DNA of 64,000 bases from Camelus dromedarius (Eukaryota): NCBI RefSeq assembly GCF_036321535.1, contig NC_087472.1:82336001-82400000 (forward strand), written 5' to 3'. The notes under the pieces were generated by a model. The model did no database searches and was not told where the DNA came from. It saw nothing but the letters and a program-made list of their open reading frames with translations. Shown here one piece after another: positions 50,446 through 63,360 of this stretch (positions are counted from its first letter, which is position 1; each line of letters starts with the position of its first letter). Both the position numbers and the translations under genes were made by a program.

Positions 50446-52724
50446 TTCATTTAATGTGCTTGTGATTGCAATGTCCTAACTAGATTTTTATATTTTTTTC
50501 CTTAAGTATAGTGCATTGGCTCTTCCTTGGGGATTAATATAGTATGTGTACCTCAGAGTTCATTGTTTCTTGGATAATATCCAAAAAGAAAAGGGATACC
50601 CACTGTGCTCCACTCGGGTCTTGGAGCTATTATTTTCTTTTGATTATTTCTTACTTTTAATACACCTTTTAATATATCATGAATTCATGCTGTTTCCTTT
50701 GTACTCTTTAATCCTCTGTAAATAGCTCTTTCTTTTCTATTTCCAGAATACTAATCTAGCTTTTCAGTAAAACTAGAAGAAAAGTCTGTCTGCTAACTTG
50801 ATCCTAAGAACTGGGTGATTAATTGACATCTGCAATAGTAGAGTGTAAAAGGGTATAGAAAGATGATGAGTCTGGCTTGCCCCTTTGGTAGCTTCCCCCC
50901 CACCCCCCCATGCCAAGTTGTGCTTAGTACTGGAGGTTTAGTAATTTGCAGGATCACAAATGCCAACTGTCAGAGCATGAGACCCTCATTTACTTACTTA
51001 GCTGACTCCTCTCACTACTTGCCACATATATTTGGAACTCTATAATCAGTCTGCACAAGAGCTGACCCTGTGTGTTCCAGTGTTTTTCAAGTCTCACTGG
51101 CCACAAAGGGGAACTGAATATGAACATGCATGCAAACCTCATCAGTTCCCTTTGCAACCAGCTGAGCGTTGTTTTTAATGTAGCAGAAACAGTGTTCTTC
51201 TTTTGAATACAAACCAAATTTCCACACAAATAATGAAGCATTTCTGCTTCTGACAGATCAGGGGACACATAAGAGAAAAGGGTACTAAATTGTGAGACAG
51301 GCAATTAAAAGAGAAAGTCAGAAAATAAGAGGTAAAACTGAATTGGGGAAGAGAAAGAGGTGATGCTGAGTACAGGAAAGGGAAAAAAAAAAACGGGTGG
51401 GAGGATTGAGGACACTAGAAAGTTGTGGTGGGTGATACAACATGAGAAGAGGCAGGAAACGTAGAAAGGAAATGTCTGTAACAGGAAAGGGTCTGTAACA
51501 GCATTGCCAGCAGCGTTAATGGAAGGCATTCAAATCTTTTGGTCCAGAAGTTTGTCACTGGATAAAATGTAAAAATATAGCACATCAGAATGATTACCAT
51601 TCCCACCTGAGTTTATGCTATTGAGTCAGTTTTACAACGAAGGTGCCTTGTCCCCATTTCAGGATGCAGTGCGGTGACCTGTTTGACCACTCTGATTACA
51701 GAGAACGAAGCCAAGTGTCAGAAAGCAAAGAAACCTTAGCACCTAATATAAATGTCACAAAGCTCCCAAAATCCATCAAATTATTTTAGATAAAGTTTAA
51801 ACAGACTCTCTAGCTGTAAATATTAATGAATGCCTATGGTGTGCTGAGCAAGGAGCAGGGGCCAAATCCACTACAAAAAAAAAAAAACTCTGGGAAGCTG
51901 CTTGGGGACCATTGACCATACAACAAGCAGACTCCCTCCTCCACCCCCACCAGCTGTACCCACCTGAGTAGCCCTGAGGGCATGACTGTGTTGGTACAAC
52001 CTGATGAAGCAACAAGATCCCAGGTGGCCCCTGGTTGCCACTCATTTTTAAGGTGTTGACTGTTCTGTAAAACTCAAAACTTCTATTAAAGGAATCTAAA
52101 GAACATCTCATCCAAATTTTACTAAATGCTCGAAATGCTTTGTTACCCTCCCAGCCTGCTGAGGACTCATACTATATTGGAACAGGTCTACTAGCAAACG
52201 ACTCACTGGCTTTCTATTCCATTTGAGATCTGCAATTGTTAGAATACCCTCTCCTACAATCTGGTGAAACATGCTGCTTGCAATCCTCATCCTTCACTGG
52301 TCCTCTTTCAGCTCGCTCCCTGCAGCTACGCACATGCACATTTTTGCACAGATGTCTTTCCTTTAGCCTTCTGCTTTAATCCCATTCTTTCAAACTGTCC
52401 TTCTTCTGGTGTCCTCTCCTCTTCTACTTGCTCAAGTTTCAGAGTATGCTTCTGACTCACACAAAATAGAGTGGGTCTGCTACCGTGCCTGTCCTGGACA
52501 GTGCTATTGGCAGTGAAAGCTGAAGTTCAGTTCCCCATTGTAAGTGCCTCCCCCCGCACTTCATTCGACCCAGGTCAGCTTCCACTGTGTAGCTTCCTAG
52601 TTCTGATGTTTACCTTCAGCTTCTGACCATTCCATTGTATTATTTCCCCTGCCTTTCCCTGGCATTTGAGTATTTCAGTAACATACATTGAATGTTTCCT
52701 ACCGGCCAGGAACATTTATTCACT

Positions 52725-52880
52725 CATTCAGTCTTCATAACAACACTACGAGTTAGGTACTCCTATTACTCTTGTTTTCTCAGTAGAGGAAAGAGAGCTT
52801 GTCCAAGGTGACATAGTAAGTGGTGGAGCCAGAAATTGGACTCAGGCAGTCTGGCTGCAGCAGCTGCCCTTTAACCTGTC
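52725..52880 (-). mobile_element. MIR
   Basis: aacaacactacgagttaggtactcctatt...ttgtccaaggtgacatagtaagtggtggagccag. Confidence 0.8.
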
Positions 52881-53399
52881 TGTTATGCCTCTCGGTTCAT
52901 TATTTAATAATGTTTAATGTCACTGGGCTAAGAAGACCCATTGGATCCAGCCCCACCATAAGGCTTGCCATGGCTTTACCAGTGGGATGATAATACTCTG
53001 GTCCACTGGTCACAACCTCCTCCTGCCCGACTCTGTTTGAATAGGCAATACTAACATCTTCTTGGTCCCCCCTCCTTTTTTTCCCCCACCTGCTAGTGAA
53101 TGGCTAAATCTTTTTAAAAATATGTCTACACATTTAACAGATCAACTCCTGGTCTGGGAGACTTTCTATCACTTTAAAATCATTTGCATATCTGTTGTAC
53201 TCAGATGTTTGAATTTTGTAGTTTAATTCTCAGCAAGCATTTCTATTTCTATGTTCTCAGGGGACACCTCACTTGCACTTCTATGTACTATTTCTGACTG
53301 TAGTGCCAAGCTATCTAATTATAAGATAAGTCCATCAGCAAATTCTTTAGCTTGATCCTTGAGGGATGAATATATTTCAAAGGGTCAGGGTTCATCTAG

Positions 53400-54480
53400 A
53401 TTTATTGACTAGAGAGCGTCTTCCTTTGCTTATGGTATCTGGCAAAAGAAACCATCAGCAAAGTAAGAGACAAGTCCCATACTGGTAGAAGTTGTTTGCA
53501 GCCCATATAAAGAACAAAAGATTGGTGTACAGAGTATGTAAAGAACTATTTCAACAATTTGAAATAAAAAAGAAAGAAAAGAATAAAAGCAGCTCATTAA
53601 AGGGAAAGACAGAGACGTGTAGCTATGAATAGGCGATTCACCCAAGGAGAAACCTGAATGGACAAAGCACTGTGAGAATCTGATGCTCCATTTCACTTGT
53701 AATCAGAGAAGTGCCAATTAAAACCACAGGGAAATGCCATTTCACACCTCCCAGATTGGGACAAATTAGTAAATTTGATAAAATCAAGTATTGGTGAGGT
53801 TGTGGGTAGAGGAACATTTATCTTCTTAGTGGTGGGATAGGTAGATAAATTGGTAAGTTCACTTTGGAGAGCACTTTGTCACAACTGAGATAAATTGAAG
53901 ATATGCATACCATTTACTACCAAGCATTTCTCCTTGTAGGTGTCGACCGTAGAGAAATTTCACACATGGGCACAGGGCGTACAAAGACTTCACTTGAGCA
54001 TGGTTCCTAAGAGCAAAAAAGTGGAAACCACCTAAGGGCCCATTGTTAGGGGAAATGGAGAATTGAACTCTTGTTTATTCTCATGATAAAACACTGTCCA
54101 TCTGTGAAGATGAATGAATGGCACCTACATGTATCAACAGAAACATAATTTGAGTGGGTAAAGTTACAAGAGAATATAATAGTAAGATACTATTTGTAAA
54201 CTTTAAGAACAAAAACTAGTGCACATTGTTACGCATACCACTTACGTGTGTTATAAAAGTGTAAATATATACATCAGAATAATATACACTAACTTTAGGA
54301 AAGAGGCTACCTCAGGATGAGTTTTAGTATATCTAACTTTTCAGATTATGTATAGGTACAAGAGAGCAGTTAAGCAAATGGAGCCAAAACACTTAACATT
54401 TGTAAATTTTGGGTGATGGGTGCTTAGCTGTCTGTTACAGTGGGGGGTTTTTTTTTCCATTTTTTTATACGTTTGAAATA
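53400..54480 (+). mobile_element. Old L1 ORF2 C-terminus and 3' UTR (L1ME-like)
   Basis: gcaaaagaaaccatcagcaaagt...taatcagagaagtgccaattaaaaccacag...gataaaatcaagtattggtgagg...tggaaaccacctaa. Confidence 0.8.
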
Positions 54481-57400
54481 TTTTATAACTGAAAAAAGAT
54501 AACATGTGGAATTACCAAACCAGAGTATAACTTGTAACAGTTCACTGCTGTTCCTGGAATAACTTGCATGGCTTCCTAAAGCAAAAAGAGATTCTCTGTA
54601 TCCAAAACCATGATTAGAAACCTTTTCCAAAGCTCATTTTATGGTGGTTCTTTATGCATTTCCTGGGCCAAAAGTAGAATTATTAAGAATGAGAGACCTC
54701 TAATTTGATTTCTTTTTTCCTCCTTCTATTCAGCCTGTACGCTTTTGTCCTGCGTTATTGTCCATGTTTCAGGCAGAGCCTTCAGAGTGTACAAATGTGT
54801 GATAGCTAGAAAACGATTTCTTTTAAGATTTTGGTTTTTTGACACCACACAGTTTTGATGAGTAAGAAACAGAATATTTTTGCCCTAAGTACATATGAAT
54901 GCCTATTTGTGGGTTTGGGGGGATTTTGTTTTGTTTTTTTTTTTAAGCAACAGACATCTCAATAATTACCATTGTCCTTGGGCAGAATGCAGTGAAAATG
55001 ACAAGCACTGTCTTAGCAGAGACAATGCCTATGGAGTAAAAGTCTACCAGCTTGCATCCCCTCATATGTAAAATACAGTTGATCCTTACATCATAACACA
55101 CTGAGGATTAAATGATAATGATGCATGCCAAGCACCCAGCACAGTAAAAGGCACATAAATAAATATATTTTACTTTGCTTCCCATTCCTTTGCATGTGAA
55201 CTTGAAGGGGAGAAGTAAGAGGCAAAGTAGAAGTTTAGGACATACCTAGCACTTCCTTTCTGGTTCTGAGTGTGTTGTCACCAGCACACAGCCAGCCCTC
55301 AAGGTCTTAATTTGAAAACCGGACTGAACTGAGGCACTACAGCAGCCACTTATAGGAATGTGTCCTCAGCTGGGTCATGTGGCTATGAAAAAAGACACCA
55401 CACCAGCCTTCGTGAGAGTTTCTGTCTCATCCGAGTTGACATAATTCAGGTTATATTCTGAGATTCAAATGCTTTCTTATCATCAAAACTACAAATTTCT
55501 TTAGAACTTTATGGTGTCTGTTGGTGCCTTACTCTCCAGTAAATGTCATACTGTTGTGAATATTTTTCTCACTTTGTGTTTTTGCTTTTATGTTTTTTGA
55601 CCCCAAAAATCTACTTCCTAAAGTCAAATCTATCCGTTTTCTCCTACAGTTATTCCTATTTTATTAATAGAAAGTTCTTTCCCTTCCACACATGAGTTAG
55701 TCATACATTTTAAAGTCTTCTAATGGTTTCATTATTTACATTTAACTCTTTGATCCACTTTTTTTTTTAGTGTGATATGAAGTGAGGCTATAAATTGGCT
55801 TTTTATTTTAAATAAATACAGCACTATTTATTAATGCATTCCCTCCTTCCCCAGTGCTTTTTGTGATGTCTCCTTGATATGAAGTGATTCTCTCTGAGGG
55901 AAAAAAGTTTATCAGAGCCACTCAGAAAACTTTTTTAAAAATTCACTTAACCCCTTTTTGCAAGATTCTAACGCATCTTGACTAACAGAATCTTTGGTTT
56001 TCCTCTGATTTGTTCTTGCTCCTACCCTTCTGAGACTGATTAATTTGCCAGATAATCTTGTATATCATTAAGGGTCTGCATAGAGATATGCATTCCATCC
56101 CTCTGATAAGCTGCTTCTTGTATCTGCTCCACAGTGTTAGACTTAATGAAGAATAAGAATATATTTTAATATCTGGTGAAATAAGTTTCCATTCATATTT
56201 CAAAAGGCTAAAAAATAATTAGCCTGTTAACATGTTTCTACAAAATCCAGACTGCCTGTTGAGAAAACTCCATTTCATGCTGTTTTTCTCTTGTGGGTAA
56301 CTTTCAGTAAGGCTTTGCTTCACAGAGCTGTAATTATATTGGTTCTTCTTTTATATCAGCAGGACTGAAGAATCCATTTTAAAAAGCAGTTGAAAATAAA
56401 ACCTTCTGTACTAGAACAGAATTTTCTTTTTCTAGTGACCTGACCTTAGAAATTCAACTGCCATCAAACCAGGCTCTGCACAGAACACTTTTACAAAACT
56501 AATAGCAATACTCAGCATTTAGGTCTTACTCTGGCAGCCAGGCAGTTAATTTTGCCTTTGTTTGGTTTTGCATATGTGAGGTGTTATTTAGAAACTTGTT
56601 GTGAAGCTCTTTTGCAAGGTAGGGATGTGTATGTACTTCTGAATGTCCCTTTTCTGTGTGCTTCTAGAACTAAACCTCGGCTTGGGGGAGGTAGGACAGT
56701 GTTTCCTGCCCGTGTACACTAATGCTCAGTAAGAAATGAAAGCTTATGCATAATAGCCTTAAATTTCGTAAGTTTAACATGTTTTTCTAAAAATTTTAGA
56801 AATGTTCTCAGGATTCAGGCTACTCTAAGGCATGTTATTAGTGAAACTCCAGTCAGTAAACAAAATCCGTTATGAGCTTATAGACAGGTTGACTTTTATC
56901 AAAATTTATTTTATTACAAATATTATAGCAAGAATTGACTCGATGTACTTTATTTTTTAAGAATGCCATTGTGCAGGGCTTTATAGGGATCATCTCATTT
57001 AGTATAAATAATGAGACAGCTTGTAGAATTATGAGTGTATTTATGTTTCTTGTAATGTTCCATAAAACTACTGCTAATGATAATAGTAGGTAATGTAATT
57101 TAAACATTCAAACTGTATGTTTACAATAGAGACACGTAGGGATATAAAATGTTTACCAGTAATGTAAAAAAATTAATTTTGAGAACATGAGAGAAAATCA
57201 ATATTGTCATATTTTTAAATTATACAAACAGAAATTCTGAATTTCGGTTTGGTGGTATTCATTGATGTTGTCAAAGCAAAGTAATTAATACACATTTTAT
57301 TACTTTTCCCAAGCCTCTAATTTTTCTGCAAATTTCAATTTTTATTCTCAAATGTTTGTTTTTTAAATATAATTCTGCTTTGACCTATTATTTATGCAAC

Positions 57401-57839
57401 CATTTGTGTGCACTTATGAAATACAGCTCAGTTGAGCACTAATTGTATACAAGCCAAATCTTGTTAAAATAAATTCAGCCCTAACAAAATTCTTCTTACT
57501 CTTTAATGTTGATTTTCCAGTCTGTAGCCTACCAGAAGTTTGAAGTATTCTGGCTATAAAAAATTCTCATACTTGGTAACAGAAACTTATGAGTAGATCC
57601 TTAGTTTGTCATAACAGGCTTCTATATATTCAGTCAATGGCATTCTGATGCTGTGTGTAATCAAAGAGCTGAACGGTAATGGCCAAACTTTTGAGAATGC
57701 TTGCCTTAATGACATCTCCTGATTTCAATCATTTGATGTTCTATACAGTTATATCCAGATACACTGACTTAGGAAAAAAGCAAAATAACCTACTTTTCTG
57801 ATTCTGTTAAGCATGCCTTCCTTCCATCCCTCCCTGTCT

Positions 57840-58570
57840 CATTCATCCACTCATTCGTTCAGTTATTCAGCAAATACGTATTGATCTCCGTGGTGCCAGG
57901 CAATGCAGCTTTATGCTCTGGGCAGTCAGTAATGAATAAAGGCCTTCCTCTTAGAGCTTAAGCTCCAATTATTTTTGAACATACATGAAAATTTCAGAAT
58001 TTGTTCCTTTTAATTCTAATCTACAGATTTTCTTTATTGTTCTGAAATACTTCAAACACTCAGATATATACCAAAAATAATATAACAAATACCCATGTAC
58101 TACCACACAGATTTAACAGACATTATTAATATTTTGCCGTATTTGCTTCAAATCTCTCAAGATATAACCATTAACCTTAAGTTGGTGTATATGTTGTGTA
58201 TATTACCACACATTTTATATTTTTATTGCATATATAGATCCATAAAGAATGTTATTTTACGTGTTTTTGTATCTTATATAAATGATTTCATATGATACAT
58301 ACCCTTTCACAGTTTTTTGTTTGATTTTTATTCAACATTATTTTTGAGAACTCCCCATGTTGGTGCATGCAGGTGTAGTCTATTTCTCCATTCCTTTGCC
58401 AATGCAAACTCACTTAGGTTATTTCCAATTGTTTAGTATTATGAACAGTAGGTCATTTAGTATCATTACATATGTTTTCTTGTATACATGTTTGAGTGGT
58501 TCTGTAAAATGTATACCTAGAAGTGGACTTGCTGGATCATAGAATGTACACATCTTCAATTTTACTCTAT
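57840..58570 (-). mobile_element. L2 tail followed by an old L1 3' end
   Basis: cattcgttcagttattcagcaaatacgtattg (L2), then cacttaggttatttccaattg...tatacctagaagtggacttgctggatcatag (L1). Confidence 0.7.
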
Positions 58571-58748
58571 CAAAGCACGTGGTCCAAGATGGCTGAATCG
58601 TTTATAAATCTGTCTTAAGTAAGGTGCAGTTCTAAGTCCTGTTGCTGGGCTGATGAATTCTTAGCTCATCTGTTGCTTGATTTTTACCATATGTATTTAA
58701 ATTCTTTCCATTTTATCTAAGTAGTGATAGATAGGGGGTGATTTCATT

Positions 58749-58765
58749 TTTATTAGAATTTTATT
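58749..58765 (-). terminator. GPR34: Tandem AATAAA polyadenylation signals, probable GPR34 3' end
   Basis: Two tttatt on + (58749-58754, 58760-58765), about 0.5 kb after the stop. Another AATAAA lies near 59212. Confidence 0.45.
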
Positions 58766-59247
58766 ATCATTTCATCTGTTATAGAAGTTTAGGCATAAGT
58801 GAATACAATGACAAATTATACAAGCTTTTTAAACGGTAATAAACATAAGCTGGTCCTTAAGTCATTTAATATTTAAACAGTTTAAATTAGTATTAGGTGC
58901 TTGATTTTGAATAACAGCTTTAGTAACTTGAGAAACTATGACATTTTCTTGAATTATTCTGTGGTTAAAACCATAAATTTCATTTAACTGTATAATCTAT
59001 GTTAACAGTGTTAGCCTAACAATATTTTTAAGAAGATTTTATATACAGATTTAAAGTCCAGTAATGAGTATAAGCTTTCCCTTGAAATAATTTACAGTAA
59101 AGCAAATGAAATATCACAAACAAGAAATGAAATTTGGAAAGTTCTGAGCTTTGTAATGTTAGAGCTTTGTTTCACAATTTTTTTGTTCCTCAAGGAATGG
59201 AGTGGCTGTATTTTATTGTTCTTTTTAATATGTTTACCTCAAGTGGT

Positions 59248-60384
59248 TTAAGAAGTAGGCTGTATTTTAGCTCCAGCAGATGTATCGTGCAGGGAGTATC
59301 CTGGTTTAAATTCTGAAGTGCTTTCACTCCTGCTCGCTTCCCCTTGAAATCGTCTAGAAAGAAGTTGGCACATTATTTTGCGAATGTTACTGGACATCAG
59401 GAAATACATGACTGGATCTAAACAACTATTGAAAGATGAGAAAACCAGCATGATCTCATTGGTTTTGTGAATGATTTCCTTCCAATGGCAAGACGACACA
59501 TTTAGCTGTGAAGAAATATAGACAAATCGGAAGGCATGATAGGGAACGAAACATACAGTGAAAATGATAAGCACGATAAAGGAATTCCGGGCTGTAGTGG
59601 CATATTTACCAGAATTAGGGAATTTTGACCTCCTTTTAGATATCCTCAATAGATTCTTGCCAATCTTAATATATGAAAGGATTATTAGTAGGAAAATTAA
59701 CCAGAACATTACCACAAGAATGAAGTTAAAAATTGCTTCTCCTTTTGCATTATGCTTATCTCTATAGTGGAAACACATTGTGGAATTATGACCTCCTTTC
59801 TTAAGGGTTAAAATAATCATAGTTAAAAATACAGCAAGAGCAACTATCCATACTGTACAGCAAACATAAATACTCTGTTTGGTTGTTACTGCCTTCCGTT
59901 GTTGTATAGATCCATTAATTTTGATGTAGCGATCCAAACTGATGAATCCAAGCAAAATAATGCTAATATACATGTTCATATAAAATAGTGTTCCCACAAC
60001 CTTGCAAAGAATCACACCTAGTGTCCACGTGTTTTGGTTAATGTGATACATTATTCGGAAAGGGAGGCAGAAGATAAGTAAGAGGTCTGCGATGGCTACA
60101 TTAAGAAGGTAGATCTGAATGGAATTTCTTTTTCGGTGGATACCCAGAAACACGTAGAGGGCAATTATGTTTCCAACCAGGCCCAGGATGAAAATAACAG
60201 AGTAGAATGTTGTTAACACAGTAGAGAGTAATTTTTCATCCATGGAACAGGCAGTAAAATTGGATGCTCCCGAGAAGTTGTGTGGCGATTGGACGCTATG
60301 ATTAGTTACAAAGTGCACTTCCTGGGAGGAGCAAGGCCAGCTGCTGACTGCAGTAGTCGTCATTGTTACCGTGTGACTTCTCAT
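59248..60384 (-). CDS. GPR34: G protein-coupled receptor 34 (lysophosphatidylserine receptor), 378 aa, intact
   Basis: 7TM ORF with GN, DRY and DPVMY motifs. MRSHT...[12 protein letters not shown]...[16 protein letters not shown] matches GPR34. Y135, R208, N220, R286, Y289 and N309 fall at the human numbering I recall. Confidence 0.98.
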   Translation of the reverse strand: MRSHTVTMTTTAVSSWPCSSQEVHFVTNHSVQSPHNFSGASNFTACSMDEKLLSTVLTTFYSVIFILGLVGNIIALYVFLGIHRKRNSIQIYLLNVAIADLLLIFCLPFRIMYHINQNTWTLGVILCKVVGTLFYMNMYISIILLGFISLDRYIKINGSIQQRKAVTTKQSIYVCCTVWIVALAVFLTMIILTLKKGGHNSTMCFHYRDKHNAKGEAIFNFILVVMFWLIFLLIILSYIKIGKNLLRISKRRSKFPNSGKYATTARNSFIVLIIFTVCFVPYHAFRFVYISSQLNVSSCHWKEIIHKTNEIMLVFSSFNSCLDPVMYFLMSSNIRKIMCQLLSRRFQGEASRSESTSEFKPGYSLHDTSAGAKIQPTS

Positions 60385-60392
60385 TGTCTTCT

Positions 60393-60420
60393 CTAGGGAT
60401 CAAAAAGTGAAGATGCTAAA
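60393..60420 (-). promoter_or_regulatory. GPR34: Probable splice acceptor of the GPR34 coding exon
   Basis: Minus strand tttagcatcttcactttttgatccctag|agaagacaATG, 8 nt before the ATG. A second candidate (ttctgttgcag|) has its AG at 60464-60465. GPR34 is known to have 5' non-coding exons. Confidence 0.55.
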
Positions 60421-61579
60421 TGACATGTTCCTAGAGAGTAGCCTTTATGTCTTCAGATTTTCCCTGCAACAGAATGCCAAACACTGAATGAGTCGTCTGT
60501 TATTTCAGTAACAATCACTTTAGCTCAATGTGCAAGTAATACATGATTTACTTTCAGACATTGTGAGAAACTTGCCTTTTATCCTACTTCGGACCATTTG
60601 GATGTCTACACAATACATGTAGTTTTGTAGGTATCACAAAACACGCAGCAAATAGAGCAGAATCTATGGAATGTCCTGCTCTAACCTTTCCTGTGGCTGT
60701 GGTAAATGTTCAAGGTTTGTTTCATTTACTATATTAAAATAAATAACTGAACTATGAAATCATCTTTTCTTAGGGAAATTGTTATGGGAATGGAGATAGA
60801 GGTGAAATGACTGCTCATATTTTTTGAAGATGAGTATCAATTTCCGTAAAGGTGGTTGCAGCCATGTGTGGGCTGGGCCCACTGCTGGCCCCTGTCCAGC
60901 TTCCTGCTCGTCTCTTTCCCTCATAGGTGGCATTCATTCATTTTGACACGTGTTGCAACATGGTGTGTGACAGATAAACTGTGGCAGTTGCTCATTCCGT
61001 AGCGGGAATAGAGGAAGGGGGTCTGAGTTTTCTTCCTTTTCAACCTAACACCAAGTTGAGGGTATTAAAATCATTTGCCTTCAGGGGCGTGCAATTAATG
61101 TAGCAGAACAAGACAGCACAACACTTGCCTCACTGGGAAGACTTGTAGCACTACATGGGAGAGCAAAGTAGCCAAACTAAACCCAGTCAGATGGCGACGG
61201 CCGCCAGTTAGATTGGAAGCCCAGAGCATAGAGTGATAATGTAGGTGGGAAATAGGATGTGCAGTCTAAGATTTTAAAAGCAAGTAACTGCAGCTTAAAT
61301 ATGCCTGGGCTGGGTAGTTTGAGACTCTTGCTAGGACAGTGTGTGAATGAATTCCACTTGTTTGTGGCTGCAGAGAATGTTAGCAGCGCTGGTTGTCATT
61401 GGCTCTCATGTAGGCATTGACAGCTGTGAAGAGCTCAGGCTGAGAGGCCACCATAAAGAGCTAGAAGGTGTGAGGAGTGGGTCCCAGGGGATCTCATCTC
61501 ATTCCTTTCTTAGAGTGGCTGCCCTGTTTCTGTACAGAAGCTTCTTAGCACGTGTAATAAAGACATTCAGGGCAAGGTT

Positions 61580-61680
61580 TTCAAAATCATACCTAACTAA
61601 CTCTGTGACTTTGGGCAAACACCTTAATCTTTCCTAAGCCTTAGTTTTCTTGTCTGTAGAAATGAAAAAATCCATTCTAC
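61580..61680 (+). mobile_element. MIR core
   Basis: ctgtgactttgggcaaacaccttaatctttcctaagccttagttttcttgtctgtagaaatg. Confidence 0.8.
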
Positions 61681-63189
61681 AGACAAGAAAACTGTTCTTT
61701 TCTTTACTCTGTCACAGAACAAAGTACTCAATGAAAATTAGCTTAAAAAAAGAACACCTTTCAGTTCATTTCATTTTAGTAATAGTTCACACTTGGGTAA
61801 ATACTACTTGGAAAATGAAGGCAAACAAGACAAAAACCCTGCTCTCAGTAAACATTTTTGTAGGAGTGTGCATTCAAACTTGGAAAGCTATCATGTAAAA
61901 TGGATTTGAATTACCATAACTAATATCCTGATTTGACATTGTACCCAGAGAAAAGACATTTGGAAGAACTTAGCCTTTCTTAAAATGCTAACCTATGATT
62001 TCATCAAGAAGAAACCATTTTAGTAGAACATGAAGTTCCAGTTTAAATTTTTGTAAAGGGGGGTGGAATTGAATCCCAGGAAGAGGAACTGGCTGGTGAA
62101 GAGGAAGTTATGTAACCCCTGGTAAGAGTCTGTCTCCAGAGCTCAGGACAGCGGAGGGAGGGAAGCAAGAGGACTGAGTCTAGTGTCTCAACTGCAGGAA
62201 GACAGATTTCACAAAGTTTATAGAAACATACAGGCATGTTTTCTGGTGACCTGAAATTCTAAAAGGAAAGGGCAATCTAGGAAGAATGGCAGTCTGCCAA
62301 AAACGGAGCTGGCCATGCAGTGCAGATTACTGGGAAGAGGAGAAGGGCCCCGGTAGACGGACCTGTGTTGTGTGGTCACATAGGGAGCTGGCTGAGGCTA
62401 AGGTAGAAACATCGCATCGCCACTGATGAAAGTGAGCTGAGGCATGACAGGTGACATGGTGTGGAGAGCTCAGACAGCTAAAAGGACTTTCGAAACTGTA
62501 GGAAGTTTTTTCTTCTCCACACTGTAGACTCCGCTAGGGTTAAGAAACAAGTCTGTTTTGTTTGCCTCTGCGTACCAAGTGCTTATTAGCACAATAAATA
62601 CTGTGGAATGAAAGAGAGTTTAGTAGAAAAGCAAGTAAAGTCCTACATGTGGATATTAAAACCAACTGTTCAAGTACAGGAGGGGCTTTAGCTGCATTAA
62701 CAGGAGCACAATTGCAATGACTGCAGTTGCCAGATACGTAGTGTGATGTGGCTACAACAAAAACTAACCTTTCTTTGGTTGACTTCTTAGCCATGGAGTT
62801 TCTTACATGAAGACTGCCACCCCTAATCTGGTTCTGTCCTAAGCTGTTAGGGTTCCATCTGGAATACAATGTTTCATCCTCAGCAGCACATTCAGAAAAG
62901 GCCACAGAGCCCAAATCATGTCATAGGAGCGAGTGGAAGGAAAAGGCACCTGGAGATGCGAACGCTTTCAAGGCCACAGAGAAAAGAATTTCACCTTGTG
63001 ATATATGTCTTCAGAAAGCAGAACAAGGACTAGTGAGTAGAAATTGCAGAGACAGATGTTGCCTCCTTTTAAGGAAATGCTTTTTTAGAATGAAACAGTC
63101 TATCTTGGGAGGCAATAAGAGTCTTACCACCAGAGATGTTTTTTGAGACTACCACAATTGGGTACTGTATAGAAGAGACTCTCATGGCT

Positions 63190-63360
63190 CTCAGTCCTGG
63201 CTGCATATCAGAATCCTCTTGAGGGCTTTTTAAAGATACCAGTGCCTGGCTCCATCCCCAGATCTTCTGATTTAATTGGTCTGGAATGGGCTCCAGGCAA
63301 TGGTTTCCTTTAAAAGCTCCTCAGGGGATTCTAATGTGCAGTCAGAATTGAACCCTTGAG
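63190..63360. mobile_element. MER5A-like hAT-Charlie MITE
   Basis: ctctcagtcctggctgcatatcagaatc...cccagatcttctgatttaattggtctgg...ggggattctaatgtgcag. Confidence 0.85.

Noticed and set aside
56784-56802. 19 bp near-perfect palindrome tttctaaaaattttagaaa
   Set aside because: Short and AT-rich, expected by chance.
62540-62914. 124 aa minus-strand ORF upstream of GPR34
   Set aside because: No domain or splice support. ORFs of this size are expected by chance in 64 kb.
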